From NCBI GenBank assembly GCA_008369845.1, contig MRSU01010312.1, forward strand, positions 1-64,000: 64,000 bases of DNA, in the 5' to 3' direction. This document shows positions 52,969-62,504 of the stretch, piece by piece (within the stretch, counting starts at the first letter, position 1; each line of letters starts with the position of its first letter). Both the position numbers and the translations under genes were made by a program. Below the pieces are notes generated by a model. The model had not been told where the DNA came from. It did not search any database and saw only the letters and a program-made list of their open reading frames with translations. Origin of the DNA: Trichomonas gallinae. Taxonomy: Eukaryota.

Positions 52969-54312
52969 TCACAAATTATCATTAATATAATGGATAACAG
53001 AGCCAAGTATGGACATTGGAAATGCAAAGTTGACAAGATCTAATCCCGATATCTTATCAATTAATAAAGTAAAGGAATATATCATTGGTGAAGGATTAAT
53101 TGTTACAAGCGGCCAATAAATAGAAAAAAATTCATCAAATGCTAACTGTGATCCCGAGTTTTTGGATTTATTTGTGTTTTCTTGAAAAGATCTTTCTGCG
53201 ATTGACTCTAAAACCTTGAAACTCCTCTGAACCAGCCATAATATATCATAAGGATTATTATAATAATTGGTTTGATCCAATAAATCAACTACTTGTTCAT
53301 ATTCTGTAAATTCTTTGCATAAAACTTCCAAAGGAATATCATAGAAACCTTTTGGAATGTGTAATTCGCTACATCTTAGCTCCTTTGGTGTCATTCCTTT
53401 GATTTTGTTGCATCTATGCATGAAATTGCATACTTGATCAAAATCAGACTTGTAAATATCATATTCAGCTTGAACTAGATTGAAAAAGTAGCGTATAACT
53501 GATGAAGCAACTAAATATCTGTATTTAATGTTCGGCGGTTCTGTTATTTCCATGAGAATCGTTGATATTAGTTGATTTATTGAATCAATTTTTAATTTTA
53601 TAATAGAATCGCCTTCAATTGTCTTAATTTGTTGTATAAACGAGTCAGCAAGTTCTTTTATCTGTTGGTTATAGCCTTTTCTGAGTATATATTCTTCAAG
53701 AAAAATGTCAAAATCTGTTTGTGGACAATACTCTAAGCCTTCATTAACTTTATCGACAAACAACTTAACCTTTTCATTTATACTGTCAAAATCGAATTCT
53801 TTTGCGTCGAGAAAAAAATTTGCATAAATATCGAGCCTTGCGATGTGGTTCATTAACTCTATGCACGTTGGATTCTTTGCGGACATATCTTCAAGTGACG
53901 ATAGAAATCCTTGGGAATCGAAGCGTAAAGCAGTTGAATTATCTGGATTATTTCGTAAACAAACAATCAATTCACTAATTTTCCTTGAAGCATCAGTATA
54001 AACATTAGATTTCTCAGTTGTAATCTGGTCTTGAAGTAAAATGAGTTCTTTGTAAATAAATGCGCAAATATGATCAAGAAAATTAAAAAGTTTCGTTGTA
54101 TTTTTCGAATAACTGAAAAATTGTTGATGTCTTTCGGATTCACTGATAAGTACGTAAAATAGATTTTGTAATTCATTTAATGTTCGAATTCGAAATTCAA
54201 TAATCGATTGTTGCGTGTATTGCGCGTTTTTAAACACCACATTAACAAACTTCATCACCGAGGGATCAATGGGAGTCTCTATTAATACAGGTATAGAATT
54301 GGTTCTCCTCAT
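52969..54312 (-). CDS. Helical protein with putative VPS9-like C-terminal domain
   Basis: NPYDILWLV...LAFDEFFSI pattern, paralleled in 60282-61586. Confidence 0.55.
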   Translation of the reverse strand: MRRTNSIPVLIETPIDPSVMKFVNVVFKNAQYTQQSIIEFRIRTLNELQNLFYVLISESERHQQFFSYSKNTTKLFNFLDHICAFIYKELILLQDQITTEKSNVYTDASRKISELIVCLRNNPDNSTALRFDSQGFLSSLEDMSAKNPTCIELMNHIARLDIYANFFLDAKEFDFDSINEKVKLFVDKVNEGLEYCPQTDFDIFLEEYILRKGYNQQIKELADSFIQQIKTIEGDSIIKLKIDSINQLISTILMEITEPPNIKYRYLVASSVIRYFFNLVQAEYDIYKSDFDQVCNFMHRCNKIKGMTPKELRCSELHIPKGFYDIPLEVLCKEFTEYEQVVDLLDQTNYYNNPYDILWLVQRSFKVLESIAERSFQENTNKSKNSGSQLAFDEFFSIYWPLVTINPSPMIYSFTLLIDKISGLDLVNFAFPMSILGSVIHYINDNL

Positions 54313-54982
54313 AAATCACAAAAAAAAAAAAATCAAAAAATTGATTAATAAAAATCTTGTCACTTTTTGGATATTGTCAGAACCTTATCTACCAATTATT
54401 AATTTTTTATCAGCGCTGTGATAAATTTTAACACTTATAAACTATGCAAATAGGTTATTTTACTCTTAAATGTTGCTATTCTTAATCAAATGAACGGATT
54501 CTTTTTTTTTATATCAATCAATTATCGATCAGGAAAAAATAAAAATAATAATGAACTGAGAGTTTACTATATTTTGAAGGGCTTACTTAAAATATTAGCT
54601 TATTTTGAATTAAATGTTAATTTGAAAATTTAATAATTTTTTTTAGATTTCCTCAAATTTTGTTAGTAGAACGGTCTTCAGACCAATTTTATTTTTTCAA
54701 AAATCGATTGCTAAAATTGAATATCCAAAATTGTAAAAATATATAGCATACTATAGTATGTATTATTCTATGCTTTAAAGTTTCCGGTTAAACGAATTTT
54801 TTAATTCGATTTTTGCGAAAATTTTCATGGTCTACTGATAAAAATTTGAGGGTATGATTAAGTATTTAATGATATATTTGTTGTGTATCATGACATTCTG
54901 CTGAAGGCAAGTGGCATTCGCCCTTAATTAAATGTCACCTTTTTAAATTGAGCCCCTGTTTTAGTTCTGTCACTTTTGGACA

Positions 54983-55025
54983 CTTTACGTGTCAAATTTG
55001 ACGTGTAAATCTGTCACTTTTCGTT
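54983..55025 (+). promoter_or_regulatory. 43-nt composite module, copy 2
   Basis: 38/43 ungapped identity to 48121-48163. Confidence 0.7.
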
Positions 55026-55163
55026 ACGCATTTCGGTATAGGACAATATTTATTGTGTATAAGAGTATTTATGATATATTTTCTGTTTTAAATGAGTCAA
55101 AATTAAAAATATAAGTTAAAATTTGATTGTTGAAAATTAACCTTAATGTAAGGAATCAATTGA

Positions 55164-55919
55164 AACTATTGTATTTCATTTTCCATTGGTGAGTTTAATT
55201 TCTCACCCTATTTGGGTGATGAAATTTATATAGGTCTACTAACTGGTGCTCCAGGAAATGCTTTTGTCAATGGAACGAATTTTTCTGGGATTGCAATTAT
55301 TCCTTCAATCGTAGAATATAATGGAAATAAATACAGAGTTACTAGAACTACATATAGATGTTTTTACCAATGTTGGAATTTAACAGAAATATATCTTCCG
55401 ACAACATTAGAATACCTTTCGCGCGATACTTTTTACAAAACAGGACTGAAAGAAGTAGTTATTCCATACTCTGTGCGTGAGATTGGGATTGCCGGATTAT
55501 ATAATGAAGAAAATACTATCATTAAATTCCAAAAAGGAAGCTTGTTGACGAAAATTGGCAACGAATCATTCGGCGGCAGTAAATCAAAAAGATATATTAT
55601 TCCTGCTGGTGTAACGTCCATTGGAGGCCGGTTGTTTAGATATAGCCAAACAAATAATAGCTTATATATTTGTTCCTCTGAAGATTTTTCTAATATTACT
55701 GATATGTATTATGAAGCAAATGCTGATGGATGGAAATTTTATGTCACTCCTTCTTATAAAGGAAGTACATTTGGTGTATCACCTGTCCTTCCTATAACAG
55801 ACCCATATATTTGTGAGAATTACGATTTCCCTAATGAAAAAATTATTATCAAAACATGCGTAAGTTCTCTGCCCATCAATTTTAAATATTTCGAACTTTA
55901 CGTGTTTATCTACCTATAA
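55164..55919 (+). CDS. BspA-like (TpLRR) surface-family ORF; start codon unresolved
   Basis: LTEIYLPTTLEYL, LKEVVIPYSVREIG and IIPAGVTSIG repeats. The frame opens after TGA 55161-63; first in-frame ATG is 55704. Confidence 0.78.
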   Translation, partial: NYCISFSIGEFNFSPYLGDEIYIGLLTGAPGNAFVNGTNFSGIAIIPSIVEYNGNKYRVTRTTYRCFYQCWNLTEIYLPTTLEYLSRDTFYKTGLKEVVIPYSVREIGIAGLYNEENTIIKFQKGSLLTKIGNESFGGSKSKRYIIPAGVTSIGGRLFRYSQTNNSLYICSSEDFSNITDMYYEANADGWKFYVTPSYKGSTFGVSPVLPITDPYICENYDFPNEKIIIKTCVSSLPINFKYFELYVFIYL

Positions 55920-56140
55920 AAGATCATGTTTTGGCAACTGGATATATAATCTATAGAAAAATATTGCAGTTTATAACTAATTCCTCTCAAAAAGGGCCAC
56001 CTTATGAATACCAGTTTATAATTCTGTTAAAAAAAAAAAAACTACGATAACTCATAAACGAATTTTAATGAATGCTATATTAACATTTTGTCATTAAAGT
56101 CTCAAAATTAATTTTTCTGCATTGATGGGTTGGATTACAA

Positions 56141-56251
56141 AATGTCAATGCGAAAGATAATTTCATCAAAACTACTTTGATTTATGCTTCATTTAATGTT
56201 CATCATGGAGCTGTCAAATTCCTTCTCGCAGCTCATGGAATAGATGTTAAT
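56141..56251 (+). pseudogene. Single ankyrin-repeat relic
   Basis: Reads NVNAKDNFIKTTLIYASFNVHHGAVKFLLAAHGIDVN with no start context. Confidence 0.7.
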
Positions 56252-56365
56252 TTTCATTTCTTATTGTAACGTGAGTTATTATTTCGGTTTAATATCTATA
56301 TCCTATAGATCACAAACAGAATAAGAATTTATTAATAAAAAAAACAAAGATATATATAAAAATGA

Positions 56366-58252
56366 TTATGCGCGAATGCCCATCAAAGCAAGCAATGATT
56401 CTGTCTCTCTGAAAAGCATTCCTCCGTAATAGATATGTTCGAATAAGTTGTCAGGGATGCAATCAATTCCCCACTTTGCACCAAGAACAGCGCTGACGAC
56501 AGATGCGTTGCCGTTAGTATCGCCACCGAGTCTTATTGCGAACTCAACGCCTTCTTTGAAAGGCATGTTCTGCTTCAGAGCGATGATGCAGATTGCCATA
56601 GAAAGCATTGTCGTCTGCTGGTATGAGTTCATGTTCACGTCGTTGATTGTATTGGCGCGTGTGAATCTGCGTAGTTCGTCAACTTGTGGCTTCGTTAACT
56701 CAGGGAATTTGGCGAAGCAGTCTTCTATTGTCTGCTCAACTGAGAAAGTTTTCTCGAGGCCAATTCTGTATCTTATGAGTCTTCCGATGAACAAAGAGAC
56801 TAAGCTTGACGAGAAAACGCATCTTGGATCATAGGAAGTGATTTTGCAGAAATCGCTCGCCTGAGAAATGATTTTGTCATCATCCCAGAAGTACAGACAT
56901 CCACACGGAGCTGTTTTGCTGACGCAAACGTTTCCCCCGGCTGTTCGTCCTGTGCGTTCCCAGTACTGCTTTGAGCATCCCAGTGGATCATTTTCGAAAT
57001 CTGCGCTTTGAGTAACTGAATTAAATGAACTTGATGTTGCAACGCCTCTACCATCCTTGTGCTCGATCATTCCTTCCAATGACCACCTCTTTATATGTTT
57101 CGCTAAGTTCTGGATGTCGACTTTTCCTTGTGTTTCGCAAACAGATCTAATAAATAGAATTGCTAGAGCGGTTTGTTCTGAAAATGCGCCGCGTGGTGTT
57201 AATGCGCATCTCCTTGTCATTCTTATATGGCTCCATGATGGATTTATTGGTTCATCGAGTATTAAATTTAAATATGTTTTGTCAAGTCTTTCAAAACTCC
57301 ATGAAAGCCAATCACCAACAGATAAACCAAATATACAACCAGCTATGTATGGAGCTGCTTTGCTAACTCCAGTAATAACTCCGGCAGCAATATTTGGTAA
57401 AGTCTTTGGACGGACATCATTCTCTATCGGAGGCCATGGGCCGAATAAGTCGTGATGATCTTTATGCCAGCTGCCAGAATATTTTGGTTCATTAAATTTT
57501 TCACCTTCAAGCTTATTTCCTGGCAAAATCGCAGATCTAAATTTGAAATCTGTGATTCCAGTAACTGCTGTAGAATTTGGGAACCACATTAAGCTTAACT
57601 TCGATTGAGAATTAAATTTTTCAAATGAGATATTAGGAATATCTGACTCAACGAGAATAAAATCTGAAAGAAATGAAAACTTTGAAAGTTCAACTGATGA
57701 AATTTTGAGGTTGTTTGCTATTAAAGCTTGTAAATTTATGCAATTTGCGAAAAATTCCAGATCTTTTATAGGTGAAGACGATACATCTACGAACTGAAGC
57801 ATTGGGGATAAAGGAACTGCACTTATTTTCGTGTGAGATATAGATAAATATCGTAATGCAAGGAAATTTTGGGCATCAATTGCTGTCAAATTATCGCAAA
57901 AAGACAAATCCATTGTTCGTATCTTATCACAATTCGTAATTTTGATTTGTCTAAGTGATGGATTAGCAATAAAATCGAGAACTTTCAGCTTTGGACAATT
58001 TGTTATTGTAATTTTAGTCAAATTTGGGCATTTGGAAATCCTGAGTCTTTCTAAGTTCGGACAGTCCTTGATTATTGCATTGGCAATTGGATTTGATATA
58101 ATATCAATAATCACGGAATCTGTCAGAGTCGAAAACTTTGGGACCTGATTGACGAACGCGAAACTTATCCACCTCTTGTCTCTACTCGACAAGAAAGAAA
58201 ACGTCTTGTCGCTCTTAAAAAGGCGGCGAGCGTAGTTTTCGATTTCGTTCAT
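56366..58252 (-). CDS. LRR plus ADP-ribosylglycohydrolase (ARH/DraG-fold) fusion
   Basis: N-terminal L..L.I..C..L repeats; C-terminal GCIFGLSVGD, GGDTNGNASV..AVLGA..G...IP motifs. Confidence 0.82.
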   Translation of the reverse strand: MNEIENYARRLFKSDKTFSFLSSRDKRWISFAFVNQVPKFSTLTDSVIIDIISNPIANAIIKDCPNLERLRISKCPNLTKITITNCPKLKVLDFIANPSLRQIKITNCDKIRTMDLSFCDNLTAIDAQNFLALRYLSISHTKISAVPLSPMLQFVDVSSSPIKDLEFFANCINLQALIANNLKISSVELSKFSFLSDFILVESDIPNISFEKFNSQSKLSLMWFPNSTAVTGITDFKFRSAILPGNKLEGEKFNEPKYSGSWHKDHHDLFGPWPPIENDVRPKTLPNIAAGVITGVSKAAPYIAGCIFGLSVGDWLSWSFERLDKTYLNLILDEPINPSWSHIRMTRRCALTPRGAFSEQTALAILFIRSVCETQGKVDIQNLAKHIKRWSLEGMIEHKDGRGVATSSSFNSVTQSADFENDPLGCSKQYWERTGRTAGGNVCVSKTAPCGCLYFWDDDKIISQASDFCKITSYDPRCVFSSSLVSLFIGRLIRYRIGLEKTFSVEQTIEDCFAKFPELTKPQVDELRRFTRANTINDVNMNSYQQTTMLSMAICIIALKQNMPFKEGVEFAIRLGGDTNGNASVVSAVLGAKWGIDCIPDNLFEHIYYGGMLFRETESLLALMGIRA

Positions 58253-59106
58253 TATTTATTTTAGTGATGCACTTTTGCGTAATCATCTTCCTCAATTATT
58301 TGTATGAGCTCTGCGAATTAAAAAGGGATTTGGAAAATGACTAAAATTTTGGATTTTATGTGATCTTAATGGCTTATATTTTGGATTTTTAACCTTTAAA
58401 TCTAGCTTGTTCATTACTATTAATACAACAAGTAAATTATTTAACAATACGAACAGATCAAAAATTGGATAAGGAAACAATTATTTTTTTGTTTCTCTTT
58501 ACGATGCAATTAATGCATGCTCATAGACATCCATTAAATAATATATCTAAACAAAAATCAAATGCAATCACGAGTATGTATATATCAGCCCTTAATTGCC
58601 ACAGGGCAAGGAGATTAATGAACACCTATCCATCAATTAATTTATATATAACTCAGAATTGAATATTGAATCGCACGAAAAATAGTATTATGAGTCCATA
58701 TATGTTACATATTGAATAGCATCTTATTGATAAACTGGATCAAAGCTTCTAGATATATGAATTCGTGAAGATTTTTGCTGAGATTGAGATTTTTCAATTT
58801 TAATCTTATTATTCCATTTTATAGATGTGGTAAACAATATGTATGTGAATGGTAATTCATCAGTCGGCCAATATTCACTCATAAGAAAAAAATGGAATAA
58901 TAAAGTTTATTTTCAAGAACTTTCTTGAATATGGCATCTACATAAGCTATGAAGCTATAAATCTAGCACTTTTGGTTCAATTCTAACAATATCAAGAAGT
59001 TATTAAAATTTCAATAATAGGACTACTTCAAGGATGGAAAGAAGTTTACTTGTCAGGTTCACATTGAAAAGTGTCATTATGAAAGCAGCTTAAAGAGTTG
59101 ATTTAA

Positions 59107-60063
59107 TTTGATTTATACAAAGTGGATCCTGATTCAATATGGGAATCATTTTATGGTGGCAGCTGTGGTAATATTATAACTGGAACCAATCCTGCTATAA
59201 ATGCTATAGATAATCAAATATTTATTTTTTCATCAAAATTTATTGACTATGTAGATAGAATCATATCAATATTAGATGGAACTTCTTTACTTCTTCATTC
59301 TCATTGCACCTTTACTAGGATTACTTCATCCCTTGATGGAAATATAATGAAATATGAAGCAGATGGCGCAGTTGCTCAAAGAAATTTTGATGTTACTGAT
59401 AGCTACACATCTGCTGATACGAATAAATATGCTCATATATCAATATCTCAGTTACCTTTAAATTCATTAAATATAAACTATCTTTCTGACTGTTCTGCAC
59501 TCAATTGTGGTCATTCAGATAATGCCAATAGTATGATTTTTCAAAGAAGTGGAATATGTACCTTTAAAAACACAAATATAACAAATTGCAAAGCTCATTA
59601 TAATACAATGGTTGTTATTCAGAACTCCACTACTGTTACTCGAATGAGTCATTGCACTGGACAGCTAAATAATGCTTCGTCTCATGGACTTTTTTGGATG
59701 GAATCAGATACAACGATTGATAGATGTGCTTTTACAAATAACTCAATGACAAGAGATTATAGAGGTCTATTTATATCATTTAATAAAACATTCATCACAG
59801 CTTCGACATTTTTTTATAATTTTGGTGGAGCTTTGTTCAGTACTGGACCAATTGGAAAAATTATACTGTCAAAATGTGTTGTTGATCAGTTTACTGTTAG
59901 TGGATCATTGGCATTAGAAACACCTTTTGATTCTTCTCTCAGTAATATGAATATTAATTTTAAACCAATAGAAATTCAATGTAGTGGGTTTCTTTTTGAA
60001 TCATCAGCCAGTGTTTATCTATATTTTGCAATGCTAGACCATATTTTCTTAACTTATTTATAA
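59107..60063 (+). CDS. Beta-helix-like surface-family ORF; start codon unresolved
   Basis: C.F.N repeats (HCTF, NITNCK, CAFTNN) and a W..FYG N-terminal motif. The frame opens after TAA 59104-06; first in-frame ATG is 59347. Confidence 0.68.
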   Translation, partial: FDLYKVDPDSIWESFYGGSCGNIITGTNPAINAIDNQIFIFSSKFIDYVDRIISILDGTSLLLHSHCTFTRITSSLDGNIMKYEADGAVAQRNFDVTDSYTSADTNKYAHISISQLPLNSLNINYLSDCSALNCGHSDNANSMIFQRSGICTFKNTNITNCKAHYNTMVVIQNSTTVTRMSHCTGQLNNASSHGLFWMESDTTIDRCAFTNNSMTRDYRGLFISFNKTFITASTFFYNFGGALFSTGPIGKIILSKCVVDQFTVSGSLALETPFDSSLSNMNINFKPIEIQCSGFLFESSASVYLYFAMLDHIFLTYL

Positions 60064-60281
60064 AAAATTATATCTTAAACGTAAACATATATTAAGTTAT
60101 TTATTTTTGTATTTAGTAGTAGAACTAATGATATAACAATTGCGAGAATTGAGTTGAAAATTATATTTTAAAAATAAAAATTATAATATTAAGCCATACA
60201 TATAAAATTGATGCTTTGTATAAAAAGGTTGTGAGGTAAATATGTATTATTTTCTAACAAATAGATCTAACACGCAATATT

Positions 60282-61586
60282 TTATTTCATAACTTTTTTT
60301 AACAAAACACTTTCCATATACTTAATAAGGGCCTTAACTGTGGCTAACGTATAATCCAAATCTGGATTGAGTTCTGATGCTGGAGCAAAATCTATTACAA
60401 AATGGCCGAGTCTCAAGAAATCAGCGCTGCATAAAGCAACACCAACAAGCGGACCAAACAATTCTTCAAATGCAAGGACTCTATTTTCTCGATTCAATTT
60501 CTTATTAACAATTCTCTGTGTAATTCTTATAGATTCATGGATCTCAAATAGTGCATCTATAGGATTTACGTATAATGTTGCAAAGTCTAATCGCATACTA
60601 GCTGCAGAAAACTCTGGCGTATCAAAAATCTCACCGAGAGGACGTTGTAACTCTTCTGCTGATAAAAACAATCCATCGGTGCATGCATCGCTGCATAAGA
60701 ATTTTGAAGGTTCGAGCAAATTTTGAGTCTTCGGATAAAAATAATCTGGTTTTTGTTCATAAGAATAAGAAAACGCGGATCTCATCAGTAGTGTCATAGC
60801 TACTGATATATTTTCTACGGTATTTAGCTCGTAAACTTTTGCGAATTTTTGGAAAAATAATAATAAATTATGTGTATATTGATTCTTTGGCATTACTGGG
60901 AATGTTTCAATAAAATCTACAAAGTCTTGGTATATTGGTGAGTTTTTTGTCAGCAAAATCTGTTGAAATCTTTGATCTGCATTATTCGGATAAAAGTAAG
61001 AGCTTGTTTTATCCATCTGATTTTTGCAGAAATCTAATGTGTTGTATAAAATCTGTTTGAGTTTGGCTAAAGAAGCAGGAACAGAAATAAATCGCGAATA
61101 TTCATTAGCAGTGAATTGAAATTTCCAGCGTAGAGCTGTGACAAATGGATCCTCTTTTAGCATGTATTTATAAAGTCCGGCTAAATCGATGATAACATTA
61201 AAAGTTTCTGGAATATCATTTGATGTAAGCAAACTTATTATAGAGGAACAGGCAGCGAGAGACTTATTGAAAGCATTTAGCTGATTTGTGTATATCTCCC
61301 ATCGTATGTAACAGATGAAATGATAAAGCCATACTGCTCTTTTCGCTGAATCAAAATCAGGTCGTTGAGTATCGGACAAATCTGGCTCAGAAAGGACGAG
61401 TTGTTCTGTAGAAAATTGCATCAGCTGTTCAACATACGCTTCTTTATTTTTTTTATATTTTGAAATCATTTTATTCTTTTCGTGCTCTTTTAATGTCGAT
61501 GGGAAAGACTCAACCTGTATGAATGGGACTAGCTCTGAATGATTCGTCAGCCAAACATAAAAGTCAGGAGATAGCCACGAACCCAT
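60282..61586 (-). CDS. Helical protein with putative VPS9-like C-terminal domain
   Basis: NPIDALFEI...LAFEELFG.LV pattern; 434-aa ORF. Confidence 0.55.
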   Translation of the reverse strand: MGSWLSPDFYVWLTNHSELVPFIQVESFPSTLKEHEKNKMISKYKKNKEAYVEQLMQFSTEQLVLSEPDLSDTQRPDFDSAKRAVWLYHFICYIRWEIYTNQLNAFNKSLAACSSIISLLTSNDIPETFNVIIDLAGLYKYMLKEDPFVTALRWKFQFTANEYSRFISVPASLAKLKQILYNTLDFCKNQMDKTSSYFYPNNADQRFQQILLTKNSPIYQDFVDFIETFPVMPKNQYTHNLLLFFQKFAKVYELNTVENISVAMTLLMRSAFSYSYEQKPDYFYPKTQNLLEPSKFLCSDACTDGLFLSAEELQRPLGEIFDTPEFSAASMRLDFATLYVNPIDALFEIHESIRITQRIVNKKLNRENRVLAFEELFGPLVGVALCSADFLRLGHFVIDFAPASELNPDLDYTLATVKALIKYMESVLLKKVMK

Positions 61587-62504
61587 TCTTAATCGTTTTC
61601 GCGAAATCTGCCATAATTTACATTTGACGATTATTTTAGATAGAAAAAAGTTTACATGTCAGAAAAAACTTCCAAATCCTAAAACTTGTTATTTACCAAA
61701 AAGCTTTGGATATATAAGATTTTAAGCAAATATTTTATCCTTTTATAGAAAAATAATTCATTATTTGTAAACAAATTTAATTAATCTCAACTTTTAATCC
61801 AATACAATTGTTGATCAATTGTTTTGCGTTTTATATATTTAATTTTCAAAGATTTCATACCAATATTATATGAGATTATCATCAAGAAAAAATATCAGAG
61901 TTCTTGAAATGTATTTAATAAGTATGATTAAGTTTGGCCTATTATGCGGCGGAAATGATAATTATAGGCTCATTCTTGGAATTTAATCATAATTGAGCTC
62001 AACACTATTCGTAATATGATGTTTTTATATCATTTATAATGTGTTCATATCGTATATTGTCAGTATGCAAATGTAGCACTTTAAAATAATTCATTTTCTC
62101 GATGTGAAATTATCAATAGGAATTCATAAGATGATTAAACTTCGGTACTATTATTGTATGTTTTATACTTTTGTCTAAAATCCATAATCATATGAATTAA
62201 TATTATATTTAAGAAATATTAAGGCTATTTTTGAAAGGAAGCCTTAAAAATGTGGATGAGAAGCTATCTATCTAATACGTCGTCCATAGAGCTAAAATAT
62301 GAAATAAAATTTACTCAAAATAACCTTAAAATTACCCAGAAACCATAAAAAATGGCATTGTTTCTTAAACGTGTTGTATTTTAAAATCAACCACATTGTA
62401 ATTCAAAAGCTAAACCGATTCTCTCAAAAAAAAAAAAAATTATGAAGACAGAAAAATGATTTGTTTTTTTTTTTTCAACTGGAGATAGAAATGTTTAATG
62501 CTTG

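Noticed and set aside
59097..59122. 26-nt GT...AG segment whose removal would create an in-frame ATG (A|TG GAT CCT)
   Set aside because: It lacks the CTAAC branch motif seen in the 13361 intron and the donor is atypical. Not called, but cheap to test with junction reads.
60236..60264. Intron-like GT...TCTAACAAATAG
   Set aside because: It lies between convergent gene ends with no ORF to join; likely chance in AT-rich DNA.
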